Positions 7,933 through 13,006 of a DNA stretch of 13,006 bases are shown here, piece after piece (position 1 is the stretch's first letter; every line of letters begins with the position of its first letter). This DNA is from an uncultured bacterium. Its GTDB lineage: Bacteria > Patescibacteriota > Minisyncoccia > Minisyncoccales > CAZLLZ01. The stretch lies in contig CBEVQU010000020.1 in the NCBI GenBank assembly GCA_965552115.1, positions 1-13,006 on the forward strand, in the 5' to 3' direction. The notes beneath the pieces were generated by a model. That model saw nothing but the letters and a program-made list of their open reading frames with translations, was not told the origin of the DNA and searched no databases. Made by a program: the position numbers and the translations under genes.

Positions 7933-8328
7933 ATGTCAAAAGAATATTCAAAAGAAGAACTCTGGAAACTTTATAAAAATTTACCTGAAGAATTAAAAGA
8001 AGCTATTTTTTCTGAAAAAATAGCCGAAGATATTTATAGAATCTGTGAAAGATACGGAATTTCAGAGTGTGGCAAGCTTTCAAAAATTGTAGGTCATACA
8101 TTTTTAGGAATATTACCTCCCTCTGAAATTGAAGAAACTCTAAGAAAAGAGTTGTTACTTACTTCAGGGAAAGCAAAAAAAATTTCTAACGAAATTCATA
8201 GGTTTATTTTTTATCCTTTTAAAAAAGAGATTTCTTTGATCTATAGTAAAGAAATTGAGACCTTAAAAGAAGATACTAAAAAAGAAATTGAGAAAAAAAG
8301 AGATATTTATAGAGAACCTATAGAATAA
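7888..8328 (+). CDS. Hypothetical small cytoplasmic protein of 146 aa. An alternative start at the Met codon at 7933 would give 131 aa.
   Basis: This is an open reading frame with Lys/Glu-rich helical character and no TM segment. It is the first gene after the divergent intergenic region and is co-oriented with the VirB3/VirB4-like genes. No family is recognised. Confidence 0.5.
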   Translation: MSTFFSFSFFYIIKLMSKEYSKEELWKLYKNLPEELKEAIFSEKIAEDIYRICERYGISECGKLSKIVGHTFLGILPPSEIEETLRKELLLTSGKAKKISNEIHRFIFYPFKKEISLIYSKEIETLKEDTKKEIEKKRDIYREPIE

Positions 8329-8332
8329 TACA

Positions 8333-8740
8333 ATGGAATTTCAAGTGCCACAATTTATAGAAAGGGAACCTAAAATAATTGGGCCTTTTACTTTTAAGCA
8401 ATTTTTGTTTTTAGCAATTTGTGGAGGAATCTGTGCTATTTTCTATTTTATTTTTCCTAGATTCATTTTTTATGCTTTAACTGCTTTAGTAATGGGAGGA
8501 GCTATTGGATTAATGGTAGTTAAAATAGAAGGACAACCTATTCCAACACTTTTGAAAAATTTTTTCTTTTTTTCTACTTCTCCTAAGCTCTATTTATGGA
8601 AAAAGAAAGAGATTTCTCCTCCTATCATTAAAGAAGAAAGGAAGATAGAAAAAAAAGAAAAAGAAACTACTTTAAAACTGGGAGAAAAAAGCAGACTTAA
8701 AAATATATTTACTAAAGTTGAACTAAGCCAGAGAAAATGA
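8333..8740 (+). CDS. PrgI-family / VirB3-like small T4SS membrane protein of 135 aa
   Basis: The N terminus MEFQVPQFIEREPKIIGPFTFKQFLFLAICGG... matches the PrgI-family pattern (VP-x-x-I...K-I-x-GP(F/L)T-x-(R/K)Q) and is followed by two TM helices. It lies immediately upstream of the VirB4-like gene, preserving VirB3-VirB4 synteny. Its TGA stop overlaps the next ATG (ATGA), indicating translational coupling. Confidence 0.55.
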   Translation: MEFQVPQFIEREPKIIGPFTFKQFLFLAICGGICAIFYFIFPRFIFYALTALVMGGAIGLMVVKIEGQPIPTLLKNFFFFSTSPKLYLWKKKEISPPIIKEERKIEKKEKETTLKLGEKSRLKNIFTKVELSQRK

Positions 8741-9390
8741 GAAAAAAAATTCTTCCCTCAACTCAACAATTTCTAGAATATAAGCAAATTAAGGAAGGGA
8801 TAATTATTTTAAAAGACAATTCTTTAAGAGGGATTTTAATGGTTTCTTCTTTAAATTTTGCTTTAAAATCAGATGAAGAGCAAAAAGCTATTTTATACCA
8901 ATTCCAAGACTTTCTAAATTCTTTAGATTTTACTTGTCAAATTCTTGTTCAATCTAGAAGATTAAATATCACAGGTTATTTGGAGAAATTAGAAGATTTA
9001 GAAAAAGCTCAACAAAATGAGCTTTTAAAGCTTCAAACTAGAGAATATAGAAATTTTATTAAAGGACTTGTTGAAAAAGGAACTATTATGACAAAAAAAT
9101 TTTTTGTAATTGTCCCCTATTTTCTTTTAGAAGCTAAAGGAGTTATATCTCCTTTAGAAATACTAAAAGGGAAAGCAGAAGAAGAAATTTTAACTGAAGA
9201 AAAGTTTCAAAGGTATAAAGAACAACTTTGGCAAAGAATGGAATATGTTGCTTTAGGTTTAAGAAGATGTGGTTTGGAAGCTTTACCTTTAAATACAGCA
9301 GAAATTATTGAATTGCTTTGGGAATATCATCATCCAAAAGAAGCTGAATTTGGATATTATCCAGAATTACCTCCCGAAATCTTAAAATAA
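8737..9390 (+). CDS. VirB4/TrbE/PrgJ-family ATPase, N-terminal domain ORF of 217 aa, ending at an in-frame TAA
   Basis: ...GIIILKDNSLRGILMVSSLNFALKSDEEQKAILYQFQDFLNSLDFTCQILVQSRRLNI... fits the VirB4/TcpF/PrgJ N-terminal pattern (dG-s-l-x-il-x-v-x-g-x-N-x-x-L-x-seeE-x-x-x-i...fLnsL-x-x-x-x-Qi). It is in the same frame as the following ATPase ORF, separated from it only by TAA at 9388-9390. Confidence 0.6.
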   Translation: MRKKILPSTQQFLEYKQIKEGIIILKDNSLRGILMVSSLNFALKSDEEQKAILYQFQDFLNSLDFTCQILVQSRRLNITGYLEKLEDLEKAQQNELLKLQTREYRNFIKGLVEKGTIMTKKFFVIVPYFLLEAKGVISPLEILKGKAEEEILTEEKFQRYKEQLWQRMEYVALGLRRCGLEALPLNTAEIIELLWEYHHPKEAEFGYYPELPPEILK

Positions 9391-9393
9391 ATT

Positions 9394-11196
9394 ATGTTTA
9401 AAATTTTTAAAAAAAGAAAGAAAAAAGAATTAGAAAAAGAAAAATTATTTGAAGAAACAGTCTTGACTAGTAAAGATATTGTTGCTCCTCCATCTTTAGA
9501 AGTAAAGCCAAATTATTTAAAAATAGGTGAAAGATTAGCTAAAACTTTCTTTGTTTTCTCTTTTCCTAGATATTTAGGAATGGTTTGGACTTCCCCTTTA
9601 ATCAACTTGGATATCCCAATGGATATTTCTTTTTTTATTCATCCTCTTCCAACAGGAGAATTATTAAAGAAACTAAGAAAAAGAGTAACAGAACTCGAAG
9701 CTGAGATAGCAGAAAGAGAAGAAAAAGGACTTATAAGAGAGCCTGCTTTAGAGGTAGCTTATAGAGATTTAGAGCTTTTGAGAGAGAGGCTTCAAACTGC
9801 CCAAGAAAGAATGTTCAAATTAGGAGTTTATCTAACTGTCTATGCAGATACAGAAAAAGAAATGAGAGAATATGAGACAACTTTAAGGGAAATTTTTGAG
9901 GCAAGGTTAATTTATTTAAAACCTGCTCTTTATCAGCAAAAAGAAGGATTCATCTCTTGTCTGCCTTATGGACAAGATAAACTTTTAGTTCACACTACAA
10001 TGAATACAATGCCTCTCTCTTCTTGTTTTCCTTTTGTCTCTTTCGATTTAAGCTCAAATGAAGGAATATTGTATGGAATAAATTTACACAACAACTCTTT
10101 AGTTTTATTTGATAGATTTTCTTTAGAAAATGCTAATGAGGTTGTCTTTGGAGTCGCAGGAGGAGGAAAATCATATGCTATAAAGTTAGAAATTTTAAGA
10201 TATTTGATGGAAGGAGTAGATGTGATCGTAATTGACCCTGAAAATGAATATAAAACATTATGTGAAGCAGTAGGAGGGTCCTTTTTTAAAATCTCTCTTA
10301 CTTCTCCAAACCATATCAACCCTTTAGATCTACCTTCTCCAAGAGAAGACGAAGACCCAAAAGATGTCTTAAGATCAAATATCATAAATTTAGTTGGTCT
10401 TTTAAGAATAATGCTAGGAGGTCTAACTCCAGAAGAAGATGCTATTGTAGATAGAGCTTTAACTGAAACTTATGCAGCGAGAGATATCACTCCACAATCC
10501 GACCCTTCTACTTGGAAAGAGAACATTCCTCTTTTGGAAGATTTAGAATCTGTTTTAGAAACAATGGAAGGAGCTGAATCTTTAGTTAGAAGATTAAGGA
10601 AATTTACAAAAGGAACTTATGCTGATTTCTTTAACAACCCCACAAACATCTCAATGGATAAAAATTTTGTTGTCTTTGGAATTAGAGATATGGAAGAAGA
10701 ACTAAGACCAATGGCAATGTTTTTAATTATGAGATACATTTGGAATACTATAAGATCGAAACTTAAAAAAAGAATCTTAGTAGTGGACGAAGCCTGGTGG
10801 ATAATGAAATCAGAAGATGGAGCATCTTTTTTGTATGGAATATGTAAAAGAGCTAGGAAATATTGGCTTGGAGTAACAACTATTACCCAAGATGTAATAG
10901 ACTTTATGAAATCTGTCTATGGGCAACCTATTATTACAAACTCTGCCCTTTGTCTTCTTCTAAAACAAAGTCCTGCTACAATTGATATAGTCAAAAAAAC
11001 CTTTAATCTAACAGAAGAAGAAAAGTATATGCTTTTGGAAGCTGAAGTAGGAGAAGGTTTGTTTTTTGCTGGAAGAAAACACGTGGCTATAAAAGTTGTA
11101 GCTTCTTATACAGAAGATCAAATAATTACTACTTCCCCTGAAGAAATAATAAGAATTCGAAAAAGAAAAAAAGAATTAGAGGAAAATCTCCCTTAA
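9394..11196 (+). CDS. VirB4/TrbE/CagE-family T4SS ATPase, C-terminal ATPase portion of 600 aa
   Basis: Walker A is VVFGVAGGGKSYA. Walker B is ILVVDEAWWIM, and the hhhhDEAW form is a VirB4 hallmark. The LGVTTITQDVIDF motif is also present. Together with the upstream ORF the length is about 818 aa, typical for VirB4. Confidence 0.8.
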   Translation: MFKIFKKRKKKELEKEKLFEETVLTSKDIVAPPSLEVKPNYLKIGERLAKTFFVFSFPRYLGMVWTSPLINLDIPMDISFFIHPLPTGELLKKLRKRVTELEAEIAEREEKGLIREPALEVAYRDLELLRERLQTAQERMFKLGVYLTVYADTEKEMREYETTLREIFEARLIYLKPALYQQKEGFISCLPYGQDKLLVHTTMNTMPLSSCFPFVSFDLSSNEGILYGINLHNNSLVLFDRFSLENANEVVFGVAGGGKSYAIKLEILRYLMEGVDVIVIDPENEYKTLCEAVGGSFFKISLTSPNHINPLDLPSPREDEDPKDVLRSNIINLVGLLRIMLGGLTPEEDAIVDRALTETYAARDITPQSDPSTWKENIPLLEDLESVLETMEGAESLVRRLRKFTKGTYADFFNNPTNISMDKNFVVFGIRDMEEELRPMAMFLIMRYIWNTIRSKLKKRILVVDEAWWIMKSEDGASFLYGICKRARKYWLGVTTITQDVIDFMKSVYGQPIITNSALCLLLKQSPATIDIVKKTFNLTEEEKYMLLEAEVGEGLFFAGRKHVAIKVVASYTEDQIITTSPEEIIRIRKRKKELEENLP

Positions 11197-11651
11197 GGAT
11201 AAGGTTTTATCACCACTCTTCTTTTGGGTTCTCTCCCTACGCTTTGAGTAGTAACATCTCCCCTTTCTGCTAACTCTAAATGAATGATTCTTCTTTCATA
11301 AGGAGGCATAGGGGGTAAAATTTCCTCCTTTTTTGTTAAAGAAACTTTATCTGCTAAATTTTTAGCTAACTCTTTTAGATATTTTATTTTATTTTGTTTG
11401 TAATTGTTAATATCAACATCTATAAAAAAATGGTCTTTGATCTTTCTTTTCAAAATCGCTTTCAATAAATGCTGAATAGAAAATAAACTCTTTCCATTTT
11501 CTCCAATTAAAATTTGAGGCTCTTTTGATTCAACTTTTAAAAAAATAGTCTCTTGTTTTGGAGGAAGAAAAGTTATTTTTACAAAAGGATCTATAAAGTT
11601 AAAAAACTCATTTGTGATTTTTTTTATTTTTTCAAAATCTTCTTTGGTCAT
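11193..11651 (-). CDS. jag: Jag/KhpB RNA-binding protein with KH and R3H domains
   Basis: The KH-like segment ILIGENGKSLFSIQHLLKAIL carries the GxxG loop. The C-terminal R3H motif is ERRIIHLELAERGDVTTQSVGREPKRRVVIKP. The gene sits downstream of yidC as in the conserved operon. Confidence 0.8.
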   Translation of the reverse strand: MTKEDFEKIKKITNEFFNFIDPFVKITFLPPKQETIFLKVESKEPQILIGENGKSLFSIQHLLKAILKRKIKDHFFIDVDINNYKQNKIKYLKELAKNLADKVSLTKKEEILPPMPPYERRIIHLELAERGDVTTQSVGREPKRRVVIKPYP

Positions 11652-11660
11652 TTTCTTTTT

Positions 11661-12353
11661 TTATTTTGATAAAAGATAATATTGGAAAATGGTGAAAAAA
11701 GTGCTTGTTATCCAATATAAAGCGACAGCTGCCGGAATTTTTAAAAGAATAAGAAAGGTAAAAAAAGGAAAAAAATATAACATTTGTTTTTGAAAAACTT
11801 GAGAAATTTCTTTTTCTTTCTCTAAAGAAAACTGGGAAGTTTGTCTTGTTTGAAAATATTGAGAAATTCCAGCTATTAAAGCTAAAAAAATACTAGGCTT
11901 TGAAAGATCCAACAAACCTAAAAAAAGAGGAGGAATTTCCTTTATTTGAGGGACAAAAGAATATAAATTTATCATAGATTGAGGAGAAATACCTCCCCAA
12001 AAAACTTTTAAAAGAGCAATTAAAATAGGAAGTTGAATTAAGAGAGGTAAGCATCCTGAAAATGGATTAATTTTTTCTTTTTTATATAATTCCATTAAAG
12101 CTTTAGCTTGTTTTTCTTTTTGGTCTTTATATTTTTTCTGAATTTCTCTTATCTTTGGCTGAAGCTCTGACATTTTCTTTTGAGATATTAAAGATTTAAG
12201 AGTGATTGGATAGAGAATAATTTTTACTATTAAAGTCAAAGCAATAATTGAAATTCCTAGATCATGAGGAGGAAGAAAATAATAAATAATTATAAGTAAA
12301 TTAAAAAGAGGTTTATATAAAATTGTGTAAAATAAAAAGGTAAAAATCTCCAT
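11661..12353 (-). CDS. yidC: Membrane protein insertase YidC (short Gram-positive/CPR-type form, 230 aa)
   Basis: LQPKIREIQKKYKDQKEKQAKALMELYKKEKINPFSGCLPLLIQLPILIALLKVF matches the YidC/Oxa1 core (MQ-x-lqPe...iqeKYk......qEmm-x-LYk-e-x-gvNP-x-x-GClP-x-LiQmPi). The protein has multiple TM helices. Confidence 0.85.
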   Translation of the reverse strand: MEIFTFLFYTILYKPLFNLLIIIYYFLPPHDLGISIIALTLIVKIILYPITLKSLISQKKMSELQPKIREIQKKYKDQKEKQAKALMELYKKEKINPFSGCLPLLIQLPILIALLKVFWGGISPQSMINLYSFVPQIKEIPPLFLGLLDLSKPSIFLALIAGISQYFQTRQTSQFSLEKEKEISQVFQKQMLYFFPFFTFLILLKIPAAVALYWITSTFFTIFQYYLLSK

Positions 12354-12354
12354 A

Positions 12355-12564
12355 TTAAGGTAAATCTACCCCTCCTTTAGAAAAAGGGTGGCATCTTAAA
12401 ATTCTTTTCAAAATTAAAAAAACGGCCTTTCTTTTATTATATTTTTTCAAAGCTAAGATAGAATATTCAGAACAAGAAGGATAAAATCTGCAGTGTTTTC
12501 CTAAAAAAGGAGAAATAAATAACTGATATTTTCTTAAAATGGAAATTAAAAATTTATTTTTCAT
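12355..12564 (-). CDS. yidD: Membrane protein insertion efficiency factor YidD
   Basis: The sequence ISPFLGKHCRFYPSCSEYSILALKKYN...LKRILRCHPFSKGGVDLP carries the canonical YidD motifs (CRF-x-PSCS-x-Y, RCHP, GG-x-D-x-P). It lies between rnpA and yidC as expected. Confidence 0.9.
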   Translation of the reverse strand: MKNKFLISILRKYQLFISPFLGKHCRFYPSCSEYSILALKKYNKRKAVFLILKRILRCHPFSKGGVDLP

Positions 12565-12907
12565 TTTTAAAAATTTTCATTTTTCTAAAAAGGAACTCAA
12601 CCATCTTTTCTATTTCCTGATAATTTTTCTCCTCCAATCCAGGTAAAGCAATGAAAATTCCATCTATGCCTTTTTTTAAAAAAGGAATTTTTTTTCTCAC
12701 AATTTCTCTCAGTCTTCTTCTGACTTTATTTCGAACTGTCGCTTTTTTAGATACTTTTTGAGAAACTATAAAAGCAAACCGACAATCTTCATCCCCTCTC
12801 TGATTAAAGACTTTTAGGACTAAATAATCTTTTTTCGCTCCTTTCCCTTTCTTAAAAACCCTCTCGAAATCTTTTTTCTTTTTTAATCTATTCTTTTTAG
12901 GGAGCAT
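12554..12907 (-). CDS. rnpA: Ribonuclease P protein component RnpA
   Basis: The basic 117-aa protein carries the RNR-like motif VSKKATVRNKVRRRLRE. It follows rpmH on the same strand in the classic rpmH-rnpA arrangement. Confidence 0.85.
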   Translation of the reverse strand: MLPKKNRLKKKKDFERVFKKGKGAKKDYLVLKVFNQRGDEDCRFAFIVSQKVSKKATVRNKVRRRLREIVRKKIPFLKKGIDGIFIALPGLEEKNYQEIEKMVEFLFRKMKIFKNEK

Positions 12908-12911
12908 TTTT

Positions 12912-13006
12912 CTAGACTGTCAATCTTTTCCTCTTTTTTCTTCTCCTTCTAGAAAGAATTTTCCTTCCAGATTTTGTTTTTTGCCTTTTTCTAAAACCGT
13001 GTTTCT
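12912..13006 (-). CDS. rpmH: 50S ribosomal protein L34 (RpmH), C-terminal 30 codons plus stop. The N terminus lies beyond the window end.
   Basis: Minus-strand translation from the window edge gives KHGFRKRQKTKSGRKILSRRRRKKRKRLTV*, which is the conserved L34 C terminus (..THGFR.R..T..GR.VL..RR.KGR..LTV). The stop codon is at 12912-12914 (plus-strand cta). Confidence 0.85.
   Translation of the reverse strand, partial: KHGFRKRQKTKSGRKILSRRRRKKRKRLTV

Noticed and set aside
9990-10385. 131-aa minus-strand ORF
   Set aside because: It is antisense to the Walker A region of the VirB4 ATPase gene. The sense-strand gene has unambiguous motifs.
1-13006. Possible alternative genetic code (UGA recoding as in some CPR lineages)
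   Set aside because: All recognised genes are full length under the standard code. One of them, the PrgI-like gene, terminates sensibly at TGA. The only anomalous stop is a TAA, which no known bacterial code reassigns.
1-13006. CRISPR arrays, tRNA or rRNA genes
   Set aside because: There are no regularly spaced direct repeats. The non-coding gaps are all 75 bp or shorter, too small for a tRNA, and no cloverleaf-like segment was evident.

Overview
This is an AT-rich window from a bacterium with a small, Lys-rich proteome. The very short YidC and the compact operons suggest a Patescibacteria/CPR-like or Gram-positive-like organism; that is inference only. Two conserved housekeeping blocks flank the window: the 3' end of rsmA/ksgA at the left, and the origin-proximal rpmH-rnpA-yidD-yidC-jag operon on the minus strand at the right. 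Between them lies a roughly 11 kb plus-strand cluster that reads as a compact, Gram-positive-style type IV secretion (T4SS)-like module. The recognisable parts are: a VirB4/TrbE-type ATPase (Walker A GVAGGGKS, Walker B VVDEAW, TITQ motif) split into a 217-aa N-terminal ORF and a 600-aa ATPase ORF by a single in-frame TAA; a PrgI/VirB3-like two-helix membrane protein directly upstream and translationally coupled to it; a 752-aa VirB6/TrbL-like polytopic membrane protein with a Pro/Glu-rich tail; and two proteins that share a homologous two-helix VirB2/TrbC-pilin-like membrane hairpin. One of these is an 843-aa secreted protein with a Cys-rich N-terminal module and five FN3-like repeats ahead of the hairpin. 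The other is a 271-aa protein with the hairpin at the N terminus and a Cys-rich domain after it. A 216-aa single-pass membrane protein and a 146-aa cytoplasmic protein of unknown function also belong to the cluster. An SPFH/band-7 gene sits on the opposite strand inside it. No VirD4 coupling protein, relaxase, integrase or VirB1-like hydrolase is visible in the window. No tRNA, rRNA or CRISPR features were found.
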